This document shows positions 1-9,576 of a stretch of 32,000 bases of DNA, one piece after another (positions within the stretch are counted from its first letter, which is position 1; every line of letters begins with the position of its first letter). Origin of the DNA: Candidatus Altimarinota bacterium. GTDB lineage: Bacteria > Patescibacteriota > Gracilibacteria > UBA1369. Both the position numbers and the translations under genes were made by a program. Under the pieces are notes generated by a model, which was not told the DNA's origin, searched no databases, and saw nothing but the letters and a program-made list of their open reading frames with translations. The stretch lies in contig JBAZYK010000002.1 of assembly GCA_041659405.1 (NCBI GenBank), positions 120,001 to 152,000 of the forward strand. The letters are read 5' to 3'.

Positions 1-1
1 T

Positions 2-598
2 TCAGTTTCGAGTAAAATGATCAACAATGTAGCCTACATTAAAATACAACAGTTTTTAAATTTAACTCCTCAGGAATTTACAAATGCCACGACTGCACTC
101 CTGAAAAACTCTCCAAAAGGGTTTATCATAGACCTTAGAGGAAATCCGGGCGGATATCTTGATGCCGCAATTGACATTGCAGGACACTTCATCGGCCAAG
201 GGAAAGTGGTTAGTTTTACCAAAACGGCCCAAGGAACCAAAACTCCGTTTAATTCTTCAGGCAAAGCTGAACTTGGACAATATCCAATCGTTGTTTTAAT
301 GAACCAAGGGACAGCCTCCGCTGCCGAAATTTTAGCAGGCGCACTCCAAGATGATAAAATAGCAACTCTTGTTGGAACCAAAAGCTACGGCAAAGGAAGC
401 GTTCAGGAAATTTTTAGCTATAATGACAATTCCACTTTAAAAATAAGTATCGCTCACTGGTTAACACCATTAGAAAGAGACATCCACGGAATTGGTCTTA
501 TACCCGACATTGCAGTTAATGATATAACTCAAACCGCTGCACAACAAAATCAAGATCCGCAATTGGATCGTGCCGTCGCTGAAATTCAAAATCGCTAG
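2..598 (+). CDS. Carboxy-terminal processing protease (peptidase S41), C-terminal part; 5' end lies outside the window
   Basis: The frame stays open to the left edge. S41 motifs seen: DLRGNPGGYLDAAIDIA, GTASAAEILAGALQD (Ser nucleophile region) and TKSYGKGSVQ (catalytic Lys region). Confidence 0.85.
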   Translation, partial: SVSSKMINNVAYIKIQQFLNLTPQEFTNATTALLKNSPKGFIIDLRGNPGGYLDAAIDIAGHFIGQGKVVSFTKTAQGTKTPFNSSGKAELGQYPIVVLMNQGTASAAEILAGALQDDKIATLVGTKSYGKGSVQEIFSYNDNSTLKISIAHWLTPLERDIHGIGLIPDIAVNDITQTAAQQNQDPQLDRAVAEIQNR

Positions 599-604
599 GC
601 TGGA

Positions 605-2752
605 TTAGACTCCCGTGTTTTGCTGTTTCAAAATTTCTTCCGGATTTGTAGTGACGATTTTGTCCTCGGTATAAGAGGCAATAATCTGGATAGCCACATG
701 GCGTAAACCGGCAAAGAAAAGCCCTTGCCCGACACCACTATTTAGCAACATATATTTTTCTCCTTCGGTAAGATTGAAAACTTTAGCCAAGACTTCAATT
801 GCAGAAGGAGCCTGTTTCAACAAAAGTTGCAAAGATGAGTTCGTAATAACCGGCTTACCATAAGGACTCTTCACAAAGTCTTCCACATCCTGGGTAATCG
901 TTGTAATTCCAAGATAATATTTACGGGCACGTTTTACCAAACCATACAAGAATTTTCCGGAATCTTCATACTGCATTAAGGTCCAGGCCTCATCAATAAC
1001 CAGCAAACGCTTTTTCAGTTCACTGCGAACACGATTCCAAATAAAATTCAAAATAATATACATCGCGATCGGCCTTAAACTGTCTTCCAAATCACGAATA
1101 CTAAAGACCATCAAACCACTGTTCATATCAATGTTTGTCGGCTTATTAAAAATACCCGCATAAGTTCCCTGAGTAAATTTTTGCAAACGTTGAGCCAAAC
1201 TTTGGCCGCCCTCCATCGTATTCAAAATATCATAAAGATCTTCCATGGTTGGAGGAACCAATGTTGATGGATCCAAGATATCCATCGTAATCCCTTTCAC
1301 CGCATAAACATCATTTAAAGCTTTATCCAAAATACCTTCCTCTGAAGGAGTTACGCCACCAAGCATAATCTTTAAAAGACCATGCAGATTAATAATATTG
1401 GAACGCAACAAATCACCGGGCTGCAATTCTTCATCTCTAAGCGCAGCCGGCAAATCAAAAGGATTAATACGACGATCAGAAGTCAAAGAAACGCGTAAAT
1501 AAGAACCACCAACTGTCTGGGCCAAAGCTTCATATTCATTTTCCGGGTCGATAATAATAACATCGGTACCAACCATCAATGAACGCAAAACTTCCAATTT
1601 TACAGCATAAGATTTTCCCGCACCTGACTTGGCAAAAACCACCGAATTCGCGTTTTCCAAAGAGAATCGGTCAAAAATAATTAAACTGTCATTATGACGA
1701 TTTAGTCCATACAAAATTCCATCATTGGAAGTAAGATCCGCAGAACTAAAAGGAAAAGTCGAAGACAAAGGAGATGTATTCATATTGCGGGAAACCTCCA
1801 ATTCATCCAGACACATTGGCAAACAAGAATTAAAACCATGCTCGGTTTGAAGCTCGGCCTTTTTAGTTAAAATAAGTTTTCCTCCCAGCATACTTTCCAG
1901 CTGCTTGGAAACCTTCATCAGTTTTTTATCATCATCGGAATAAATCGTAAAATAAAGCGCAAACTGGAAAAACTTTTCCTGACCACGCTGAATTTGAGTT
2001 CGAAGTTCTTCCGCATCTTCCAACGCCGTTTCCAAAGCCGGATCACGCACGATGCCCTTTTCCTGGGCAATATGGATAGCTGAATTCATTTGAGCAACTT
2101 TCTTCTTGAGAATCGACATAATTGCCGCAGAATCTATTGGATAAATAAATTGGGCGACATCCATCGTCACATCAAAATTAACAATCGGAGAAAGCCAATT
2201 GGTATCCAAATAACGTGGATAAGCATAAACAAAAAAAGTCTGGGCATAAAAACCTTCAACGCGAATCAAATCGTAGCGAATCTCCATTGAAGATGGTGAA
2301 ATCAAATCACGAATTGTTGAAATTCCCTGTTGATAAATCTTTTCAGCTTCAAGCAGTTTTTGGCGTTCCTCTGCGGAAGCTTTATCCTGTTCTTTCTTGG
2401 ATAACTGCTTTTCGGCTTCAATTTGATTGGTTGGAGGCCGCATTTCAACAGGCAACCCGGCATTTTTGCTACTTTCTATGGTCGCCTGGCTTTTTTGAGC
2501 CGCGGTTTTGGCCTTACCAAAAGCAGGTTCGATCCAACCCTTTATAAAATCAGCGAACAAATCGTGCTTTTTAGCTACAACTTGCAGATTCACAGGTTGA
2601 GTTACTTCATTTTGCGCAGAAACTTCAGCAGCCTGAGCCGAAGAGGTTTCAACCTGAGCTGGGGCTTGAGCCTGTGCGCCATCAACCTGAGCCTGTGCAC
2701 CGTCAACTTGAGCTTGCGCGGGATCCAAAACTTGAGATTTTTCCTCTGCCAT
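605..2752 (-). CDS. VirB4/TraC-family (DUF87-like) secretion/conjugation ATPase with a low-complexity N-terminal extension
   Basis: 715-aa ORF. Walker A is FAKSGAGKSYAVK and Walker B is LLVIDEAWTLM. A VirB4-type RARKYYLGITTITQDVEDF motif is present. The N-terminal ~60 aa are an Ala/Gln/Val-rich repeat (AQAQVDG x2). Confidence 0.8.
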   Translation of the reverse strand: MAEEKSQVLDPAQAQVDGAQAQVDGAQAQAPAQVETSSAQAAEVSAQNEVTQPVNLQVVAKKHDLFADFIKGWIEPAFGKAKTAAQKSQATIESSKNAGLPVEMRPPTNQIEAEKQLSKKEQDKASAEERQKLLEAEKIYQQGISTIRDLISPSSMEIRYDLIRVEGFYAQTFFVYAYPRYLDTNWLSPIVNFDVTMDVAQFIYPIDSAAIMSILKKKVAQMNSAIHIAQEKGIVRDPALETALEDAEELRTQIQRGQEKFFQFALYFTIYSDDDKKLMKVSKQLESMLGGKLILTKKAELQTEHGFNSCLPMCLDELEVSRNMNTSPLSSTFPFSSADLTSNDGILYGLNRHNDSLIIFDRFSLENANSVVFAKSGAGKSYAVKLEVLRSLMVGTDVIIIDPENEYEALAQTVGGSYLRVSLTSDRRINPFDLPAALRDEELQPGDLLRSNIINLHGLLKIMLGGVTPSEEGILDKALNDVYAVKGITMDILDPSTLVPPTMEDLYDILNTMEGGQSLAQRLQKFTQGTYAGIFNKPTNIDMNSGLMVFSIRDLEDSLRPIAMYIILNFIWNRVRSELKKRLLVIDEAWTLMQYEDSGKFLYGLVKRARKYYLGITTITQDVEDFVKSPYGKPVITNSSLQLLLKQAPSAIEVLAKVFNLTEGEKYMLLNSGVGQGLFFAGLRHVAIQIIASYTEDKIVTTNPEEILKQQNTGV
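2650..2722 (-). repeat. Imperfect 21-nt in-frame tandem repeat encoding AQAQVDG units at the N-terminus of the VirB4-like protein
   Basis: + strand units gagcctgtgcgccatcaacct (2668-2688) and gagcctgtgcaccgtcaactt (2689-2709), with partial copies on both sides. Confidence 0.6.
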
Positions 2753-2931
2753 AGGTATTTAAAATACTAAATTTCTTATTAGTATACCAAAAAAAGCCGT
2801 TTTCTTCAACAGCAGAATGCCAAAAATCACCTTTAATACTGTATTTTTTTCAAAATTATGCTAAATTAACGCCGGTCAGGCCAAAAAGGCCCAAATAATA
2901 ACAAAAATCACATCATTTCATTTGAAGAATT

Positions 2932-5496
2932 ATGGCAGACAATAAACCAAACACACCTCAACCAGAAGACAAAAAAACGGAAAACGCCGGAGAAATGTTT
3001 TCTGATCACACCATGAGGAATATTTCCGAAGAAATGCAAACTTCGTATCTTGATTATGCCATGAGCGTAATCGTTTCCCGTGCCCTGCCTGATGTTAGAG
3101 ATGGCTTAAAACCGGTTCATCGCCGCATTTTATACGCCATGCACGACAAAGGTTTGCGCTTTTCCTCATCCTTCCGCAAATCAGCCTTTATAGTCGGTGA
3201 AGTTTTAGCTAATTACCATCCACATGGTGATGCCCCTGTTTACGAATCAATGGTGAGAATGGCTCAAGAATTTGCAATGCGTTATACGTTGGTAAGAGGA
3301 CAAGGAAATTTTGGCTCAATTGATGGAGATAGCGCAGCCGCAATGCGTTATACCGAAACTAAACTGGAAAAGATCACCGAAGAAATGCTTACAGACATTG
3401 ATAAAGAAACCGTTCCATGGGCTCCAAACTATGATGGTCGTGTTTTGGAACCAATCGTTCTTCCAACCAAAATTCCTCAACTTTTATTAAACGGATCACA
3501 GGGTATTGCCGTTGGTATGGCCACATCAATTCCTCCACATAATTTGGGAGAAATAATTGATGGAGTTATGCACCTGATCGACACCCCTGAAGCAAGTATT
3601 GAAGATTTAATGCAATTCATTAAAGGACCTGACTTTCCTACAGGTGCTATGATTTATGACGTAAACGCCATTAAAACAGCTTATTTAACAGGTCGCGGTG
3701 GTATTGTTATGCGTGCAAAAACTTCCATTGAAGAGCGCAAAAGCGGTCGTTTTGAAATCCTGATTCATGAAATTCCTTATCAGGTAAACAAAGCAAATTT
3801 AGTTACTAAAATTGCCGAACTCGTTCGTGACAAAAAAATTATTGGAATTACAGATGTTCGCGATGAATCCAACCGTGAAGGAATTCGTGTTGTAATTGAA
3901 CTTAAAAAGGACGCTTATCCAAAGAAAATCCTAAATCAGCTCTTCAAGATGACTCCAATGCAGTCAACTTTCAATCTAAATATGATTGCCCTAGTTGAAG
4001 GCTTGCAGCCACGTTTACTCGACTTAAAACAAATTCTTGAATATTTCATTCTGCATCGTCAGGAAGTCATTACCAATAGAACTAAATTTGAACTCCGCAT
4101 TGCCAAAGAAAGACTCCACATTTTGGAAGGTTATAAGATTGCCCTGGACAACATTGACGCAATTATTGAAACCATTCGTAAATCAGCAACCAAAGAAGAT
4201 GCCCACGTGGCCCTGATGAAAAAATTCAAACTCAGCGATCTTCAAACCAAAGCCATTCTGGAAATGAAACTTCAAACCCTGGCTGGAATGGAAAGACAAA
4301 AAATCGAAGATGAATACAAAGAGAAATTAGCTTTAATTGAAGAGCTTGAAGCGATTTTGGCAGACACAAAAAAAATCCGCAAAATCATCAAAAAAGAATT
4401 GGCGGAAATTAAAGAAAAATATGCCGATCCAAGAAAAACCGACATTCATCCACAGGCACTTGGACAAATTGGCTTAAAAGACACCATTCCAAATGAACCA
4501 ATGATCGTAATGTTGACCCGTGAAAACTATATTAAACGTATGCCACCTTCTACTTTCCGCGCTCAACATCGCGGTGGAAAAGGCATTATTGGTGCAACCA
4601 CCAAGGAAGAAGATGAAATCAGGATTATGCGTCCAGCAATGAATCACGACGAAGTTATGTTCTTTACCAACCTGGGTCGTGTATTCCGCTTGCCGGTATA
4701 TGAAATCCCACTGGCTTCCAGAATCGCAAAAGGACAAGCCATTGTGAATCTGCTCCAATTACAGGAAAAAGAATATGTTACAGCCATTTTACCAACCGGT
4801 GAACAGTTGGCTGGTGAATTCCTTTTTATGGCAACAACCAAAGGAACAGTCAAAAAGACGCTGGTTGCAGACTTCAAGAATGTTCGTAAGAGCGGTTTAA
4901 TTGCAATTAAGTTACGTGACGGCGACTACCTGGAATGGATCAAACAGATTAATAAAAATGACGAAATTATTATTGTCAGCAGAAACGGCAAATCCATCCG
5001 CTTTAAAGAAAGCGATGTAAGCTCAACAGGTCGCGCTTCTATGGGTGTCCGCGGAATGCGTCTAAAAGAAGGCGATGAAGTTATGGATATGGACGTTATT
5101 AAATCAACAAGCATTGAACACGCTGAACTGCTGGTTATTATGGAAAATGGTCTTGGTAAATGCACAAAAGTAGCAGATTACCGCATCCAAACTCGTGGAG
5201 GAACCGGTGTAAAAACCGCCAACATCACAGCTAAAACCGGTAAAATTGTTGGAGCAAAAATGATTGATGAAAATTCAAAAGGCGATTTGATCATTGTTTC
5301 CAAACAGGGCCAAATTATTCGCATGAATCTTAAGAGTATTCCTTCACAGGGCCGTGCGACACAAGGGGTTTACCTGATGCGCATGAATGGAAATGACAAA
5401 GTTGCTTCCACCAGTGTTATTGAAATTGACGAAACCGAAGAAGTAGCGGTCGTTGTAGACGAAAACCAACCGGAACTTATTGAAGAAAAAGTCTAA
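2932..5496 (+). CDS. gyrA: DNA gyrase subunit A
   Basis: 854 aa. Canonical N-terminus [32 protein letters not shown], then HPHGD and AAMRYTE (active-site Tyr region). The C-terminal region has beta-pinwheel style repeats. Confidence 0.98.
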   Translation: MADNKPNTPQPEDKKTENAGEMFSDHTMRNISEEMQTSYLDYAMSVIVSRALPDVRDGLKPVHRRILYAMHDKGLRFSSSFRKSAFIVGEVLANYHPHGDAPVYESMVRMAQEFAMRYTLVRGQGNFGSIDGDSAAAMRYTETKLEKITEEMLTDIDKETVPWAPNYDGRVLEPIVLPTKIPQLLLNGSQGIAVGMATSIPPHNLGEIIDGVMHLIDTPEASIEDLMQFIKGPDFPTGAMIYDVNAIKTAYLTGRGGIVMRAKTSIEERKSGRFEILIHEIPYQVNKANLVTKIAELVRDKKIIGITDVRDESNREGIRVVIELKKDAYPKKILNQLFKMTPMQSTFNLNMIALVEGLQPRLLDLKQILEYFILHRQEVITNRTKFELRIAKERLHILEGYKIALDNIDAIIETIRKSATKEDAHVALMKKFKLSDLQTKAILEMKLQTLAGMERQKIEDEYKEKLALIEELEAILADTKKIRKIIKKELAEIKEKYADPRKTDIHPQALGQIGLKDTIPNEPMIVMLTRENYIKRMPPSTFRAQHRGGKGIIGATTKEEDEIRIMRPAMNHDEVMFFTNLGRVFRLPVYEIPLASRIAKGQAIVNLLQLQEKEYVTAILPTGEQLAGEFLFMATTKGTVKKTLVADFKNVRKSGLIAIKLRDGDYLEWIKQINKNDEIIIVSRNGKSIRFKESDVSSTGRASMGVRGMRLKEGDEVMDMDVIKSTSIEHAELLVIMENGLGKCTKVADYRIQTRGGTGVKTANITAKTGKIVGAKMIDENSKGDLIIVSKQGQIIRMNLKSIPSQGRATQGVYLMRMNGNDKVASTSVIEIDETEEVAVVVDENQPELIEEKV

Positions 5497-5503
5497 ACCG
5501 CAA

Positions 5504-5520
5504 AAAGCTGCGCCAGCTTT
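5504..5520 (+). terminator. Candidate hairpin just after the gyrA stop (7-bp stem, 3-nt loop); weak U-tract
   Basis: aaagctg-cgc-cagcttt is a perfect inverted repeat starting 8 nt after the TAA at 5494-5496. Only the stem Ts serve as a U-run, so its function is uncertain. Confidence 0.3.
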
Positions 5521-5624
5521 AAGACCTATTAACTTAGGAAATAGGCTTGCGCCACCACAAAAATTAAAGTATTGTGCATGAGCTTTTTTCCAAAAAATTT
5601 ATCATTTAGTCTTAATTTTACACA

Positions 5625-5942
5625 ATGAAAGCTAAAATTCACCCTCAATACCACGAAAATCTTAAAATCGTTTGTGCATGCGGAAATATTGTTATCGCCG
5701 GCTCAACCAGAAAAGAACTCAAAACTGAACTTTGTTCAGGCTGTCATCCTTTTTACACCGGTAAGCAGAAATTGGTTGATACAGCAGGTCGTGTTGATAA
5801 ATTCTTAGAAAAGATCAAGAAAACACAGGCATTAAAAGAGAAAAAAGTTCAAATTGCCGAAGCTCAAAAAGAGGAAGCTATCAAAGACGCAAACGAACCA
5901 AAGAAAAAGGCTGTTAAAAAGTCCAAGAAAGCCAAGAAATAA
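5625..5942 (+). CDS. rpmE: 50S ribosomal protein L31 (Zn-ribbon type) with a Lys-rich C-terminal extension
   Basis: MKAKIHPQY start. Cys pairs CAC and [24 protein letters not shown] motif. About 40 extra K/E/A-rich residues at the C-terminus. Confidence 0.93.
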   Translation: MKAKIHPQYHENLKIVCACGNIVIAGSTRKELKTELCSGCHPFYTGKQKLVDTAGRVDKFLEKIKKTQALKEKKVQIAEAQKEEAIKDANEPKKKAVKKSKKAKK

Positions 5943-5945
5943 GTC

Positions 5946-7109
5946 ATGTTCAAATTTACAGAAACTCACAAAGACCCGCATTGCCGGGCAAGAACCGGAA
6001 GTTTTGAAACTCCTCATGGAATCATTCAAACTCCGGTTTTTATGCCTTGCGGAACTTTGGCTACCGTAAAGACGTTAAGCCCCGATGAATTAAACAATCT
6101 TGGAGGGGACATCGGCGCCGAAATTATTCTTGCAAACACTTATCACCTTTATTTACGCCCGGGACACGAGTTAATAGCCAAAATGGGCGGACTTCATAAA
6201 TGGATGGCCTGGGACAAGCCGATTTTAACTGATTCAGGTGGTTATCAGGTTTTTTCACTTGGTCGTGGCAAAAAAGAGGGTAAAAGTTTAATTAAAATTA
6301 AGGAAGATGGAGTTGAATTCAGATCTCATCTGGATGGTTCCAAGCATTTTTTGACACCGGAAAAAGTTATGGAAATAGAAAATGCGCTTGGTGCGGACAT
6401 TATTATGGCTTTTGATGAATGTGCTCCAGCCGATTCCACCCAAAAATATGCCCGCGAAGCAATGGAACGAACGCATAAATGGGCACTACAATGCAAAGCA
6501 GCTCATCAAGAAATTCAAAAAAAGTCCAAAACTAAACAGGCTCTTTTTCCGATTATTCAAGGTGTGATTTATGATGATCTACGAATTGAATCAACCAAGT
6601 TCGCCACCGAACTGGATTTACCGGGCGTGGCCATTGGTGGCTTAAGCGTGGGCGAAGATCGACAGGTTATGTACCATATTTTAGAAACGATTTATCCTTA
6701 TTTTCCACAAAATAAACCACGTTACTTAATGGGCGTCGGCACTCCGCGTGACTTATTTGAAGGTGTTGAAAGAGGTGTTGATATGTTTGATTGCGTGCAC
6801 GTAACCCGCCTGTCCCGTCATGCCTGTTTTTATGATCTGGAGGGGCGGAAACACCTTAAAAATCAAAGTTATAAAGAAGATCCAACTCCCCTTTTAGAAA
6901 ACTGCACGTGCTACACCTGCTCCAAATTCAACAAAAGTTACATTCGCCATTTGATGATGGAAAACGAAATGCTTGGTGCCAGACTTCTTACTATTCATAA
7001 TCTGCACTTTTTGGTAAACTTGATGCACGAAATCAGAAAAGAAATCGCCAAAGGAACATTTCTGGAATATAAGGAAAACTTTTTCAGCAAATTCAAGTCC
7101 GATACCTAA
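5946..7109 (+). CDS. tgt: Queuine tRNA-ribosyltransferase
   Basis: 387 aa. ARTGSFETPHGIIQTPVFMPCGT, LTDSGGYQVFSL, LMGVGTP, and the Zn site CTCYTCSKFNKSYIRHL. Confidence 0.95.
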   Translation: MFKFTETHKDPHCRARTGSFETPHGIIQTPVFMPCGTLATVKTLSPDELNNLGGDIGAEIILANTYHLYLRPGHELIAKMGGLHKWMAWDKPILTDSGGYQVFSLGRGKKEGKSLIKIKEDGVEFRSHLDGSKHFLTPEKVMEIENALGADIIMAFDECAPADSTQKYAREAMERTHKWALQCKAAHQEIQKKSKTKQALFPIIQGVIYDDLRIESTKFATELDLPGVAIGGLSVGEDRQVMYHILETIYPYFPQNKPRYLMGVGTPRDLFEGVERGVDMFDCVHVTRLSRHACFYDLEGRKHLKNQSYKEDPTPLLENCTCYTCSKFNKSYIRHLMMENEMLGARLLTIHNLHFLVNLMHEIRKEIAKGTFLEYKENFFSKFKSDT

Positions 7110-7136
7110 AAATTTCAAAAAAATAAATCCCTCCAA

Positions 7137-7727
7137 ATGCAAGATTCCATCAATTACCAAGACCTCTGCAAATATATTTTCGAACTTGGAACTTTAAAAA
7201 AGTTTCAACATTGTGGTACCAAATTGGCCGGAGTTAGAGACCCAGATACGATTGCCGAACATGCCCATCGCGCAGCCATTATTGGTTATATTTTAGCCAA
7301 AAACGAGCATGCAAATCCTGAAAAAGTAATGTTGATTTGTTTGCTGCATGATAACGCCGAAGCCAGAATTACCGATTTGCATAAAGTTGCACGCAGATAT
7401 ATTGATACCGAAAAAGCCGAAATGAAAGCTTTTCATGAACAAACGGAAAGATTACCCAAAAAAATGAAAAAAAGTTTTGATTCTCTGTTTGAAGAATATG
7501 AAGAAAAAGCAAGTCCGGAAGCCATTTTAGCGCGTGATGCCGACATGCTGGAAACCGCTTTTCAGAGCAAAGAATATCTTGATCTGGGATACAAAGCCTG
7601 TCAGGATTGGATCAACAATGTTGAAAAATGTCTAAAATCAAAAACCGCAAAAAAGCTCTTAAAAGAGATGAAAAAAGGTCAGTTCACAGATTGGTGGCGT
7701 GGACTCAAAAAAGTCGAAGGATATTAA
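7137..7727 (+). CDS. HD-domain phosphohydrolase (YfbR-like 5'-nucleotidase family)
   Basis: 196 aa. H..H/HD/D pattern: IAEHAHRAAIIG, LLHDNAEARITDL, ARDADMLE. Confidence 0.75.
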   Translation: MQDSINYQDLCKYIFELGTLKKFQHCGTKLAGVRDPDTIAEHAHRAAIIGYILAKNEHANPEKVMLICLLHDNAEARITDLHKVARRYIDTEKAEMKAFHEQTERLPKKMKKSFDSLFEEYEEKASPEAILARDADMLETAFQSKEYLDLGYKACQDWINNVEKCLKSKTAKKLLKEMKKGQFTDWWRGLKKVEGY

Positions 7728-7737
7728 ACACACTCTC

Positions 7738-8307
7738 ATGATTGCTTATCTTCAAGGAACCATTCTGAAAAAAATCCCCAAAGCCGTAATCGTTGATACC
7801 GGAAATGTCGGTTATTTGGTTTATATAAGCACTCCGCTACAAGAAAAAATCAAAGAAAAAGATCAGGTTGAGTTTTTTATTTACACCAAAGTTCGTGAAG
7901 ACGACATCAGTCTTTTTGGCTTTGAAACATTCAATGAACTCGAGTTTTACAAAATTTTATTAAGTGTGAACGGTATCGGCCCAAAACTTGCCATGGAAAT
8001 TCTTTCCCAAAATACTGACAAGGTTAAGTCCGCAATCATCAGCGGAGATTTGGCTTATTTAAGTAAGATTCCGGGCATTGGCAAAAAGACGGCAGAACGC
8101 ATTGTTGTGGAATTAAAAAACAAAGTTGAACTTGCCGACATTTCCAGATTACACGCAAAAATCGAGCATACGGTTGAAGATGAAGTTATTGATGCTCTCC
8201 AAAATCTTGGCTATCAAAAATTTGAAGTTATGCGAGTGCTGAAAAACGCTCCAGCGGAATTAACAGAAGCTGAAGCCATTATTACCTTCTTTCTTCAAAA
8301 CGTTTAA
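7738..8307 (+). CDS. ruvA: Holliday junction DNA helicase subunit RuvA
   Basis: MIAYLQGTIL... is a typical RuvA start, from the ATG at 7738, 10 nt after the HD-gene stop. Helix-hairpin-helix motifs LLSVNGIGPKLAMEIL and IPGIGKKTAERIVVELK. Confidence 0.9.
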   Translation: MIAYLQGTILKKIPKAVIVDTGNVGYLVYISTPLQEKIKEKDQVEFFIYTKVREDDISLFGFETFNELEFYKILLSVNGIGPKLAMEILSQNTDKVKSAIISGDLAYLSKIPGIGKKTAERIVVELKNKVELADISRLHAKIEHTVEDEVIDALQNLGYQKFEVMRVLKNAPAELTEAEAIITFFLQNV

Positions 8308-8325
8308 ATCCTATTTTTAAAACAT

Positions 8326-9576
8326 ATGCTAACCGTTGATTTTAAAAACGCTTTATCGGAAAAACTTAAAGGCGAGGGATTAAGTAAAAAAGAGTTTCAG
8401 GAACTGCAAAGAAAATATCAATCAATAAAAAGCGTTCTCACTCAAAAAAAACAACTTGGTTTTATTGATCTTCCATATCAAAAAAGCACCCATTTGGAAT
8501 TATTGGAAGCTGAAGCAAAAAAAATCCGCAAGAATTTTCAGAATGTTTTTATAATCGGAATTGGCGGATCGTCACTTGGTTCAATTGCCTTAATGAAGAG
8601 CTTAAAGCCATTTCAAACAGAGCAACCACACCTTTTCTTTTTGGATAACCCGGAGGCCGGATACATTGATTTTCTCATCAAAAATGTAGATTTATCAAAA
8701 ACTCTTTTAATTGTAATCAGCAAATCCGGCGGCACGATTGAATCACTTTCGATTTTCTCGGTTTTGTATGCGCAAATGCTCAAAAAAATGGGTTCCAAAG
8801 CCAAAAAAAATGTTGTTACAATTACCGAAAACAATAATGGACCACTCGCAAAAATCACACGGAAAGAAGGATTTACCACCTTTGAAGTTCCGTTAAATGT
8901 TGGTGGAAGATTTTCAGTTTTTACAAATGTCGGACTTCTTCCAGCAGCTATTGCCGGCATTAACATTCAAAAATTGCTTAAAGGCGCACGAAATACCGAT
9001 CTGGAAATGGCTTATAAGTTGAGTCTTTTACAATATTCTTTATATAAAGAAAAAGGCAAAACCATGACTGTTTTCTTTCCATACGGACGAATTTTGGCTG
9101 ATCTTGGCGATTGGTACGTTCAACTTTTGGCCGAAAGTATCGGAAAAAATGCCAAAGTTGGCCCAACCCCACTTAAAGCCGTTGGAGCAATGGATCAGCA
9201 TGCCCAACTGCAACTTTTTATGGAAGGACCAAATAATAAATTTCACATTTTTGTTGAATATTTAAAGACCAAACAAATTAGAATTCCCACATTATTTAAA
9301 AATGAAAAACCGTTTGAATATTTACAGGGCCATGACCTGCATGAAGTACTTTTAACCGAGCGCAAAGGAACCGCCGAAGCTTTAGCTTCAAAGAAACGCC
9401 CAAATATCACTTTCACCATGGAAAAAATTGATGAAGAAAATTTAGGAGAACTAATGTATTTACTGGAAATTGAAATCGCCTTTTTAGGAGAACTTTTTCA
9501 GATTAACGCCTTCGATCAGCCCGGAGTTGAAATTAGCAAAATACTCACAAAACAATATCTTTCCAAAAAGAATTAA
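8326..9576 (+). CDS. pgi: Glucose-6-phosphate isomerase (short form)
   Basis: 416 aa. IGIGGSSLG and ISKSGGTIE (SIS/PGI signatures), GGRFSVFT, QHAQLQLFMEGP. Confidence 0.88.
   Translation: MLTVDFKNALSEKLKGEGLSKKEFQELQRKYQSIKSVLTQKKQLGFIDLPYQKSTHLELLEAEAKKIRKNFQNVFIIGIGGSSLGSIALMKSLKPFQTEQPHLFFLDNPEAGYIDFLIKNVDLSKTLLIVISKSGGTIESLSIFSVLYAQMLKKMGSKAKKNVVTITENNNGPLAKITRKEGFTTFEVPLNVGGRFSVFTNVGLLPAAIAGINIQKLLKGARNTDLEMAYKLSLLQYSLYKEKGKTMTVFFPYGRILADLGDWYVQLLAESIGKNAKVGPTPLKAVGAMDQHAQLQLFMEGPNNKFHIFVEYLKTKQIRIPTLFKNEKPFEYLQGHDLHEVLLTERKGTAEALASKKRPNITFTMEKIDEENLGELMYLLEIEIAFLGELFQINAFDQPGVEISKILTKQYLSKKN

Noticed and set aside
2090-2770. Three + strand ORFs (66-115 aa) opposite the VirB4-like gene
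   Set aside because: They are shadow ORFs of a 715-aa gene with clear ATPase motifs on the other strand.
2821-2911. 10-nt direct repeat caaaaatcac (2821-2830 and 2902-2911) and short AT-rich inverted repeats in the virB4-gyrA divergent region, considered as operator or DnaA-box-like sites
   Set aside because: No match to the DnaA box consensus TTATCCACA. Such short A-rich repeats are expected by chance in AT-rich intergenic DNA.
4474-5165. Three minus-strand ORFs of 77-94 aa inside gyrA
   Set aside because: They are antisense to an unambiguous, full-length gyrA. Their sequences are low-complexity or odd in composition with no motifs, as expected for shadow ORFs.
7699-7737. GTG-initiated 13-codon N-terminal extension of ruvA that overlaps the HD gene
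   Set aside because: RuvA proteins start at the MI.YL.G motif, which is found at the ATG at 7738, 10 nt after the HD stop. The extension has no homology logic.
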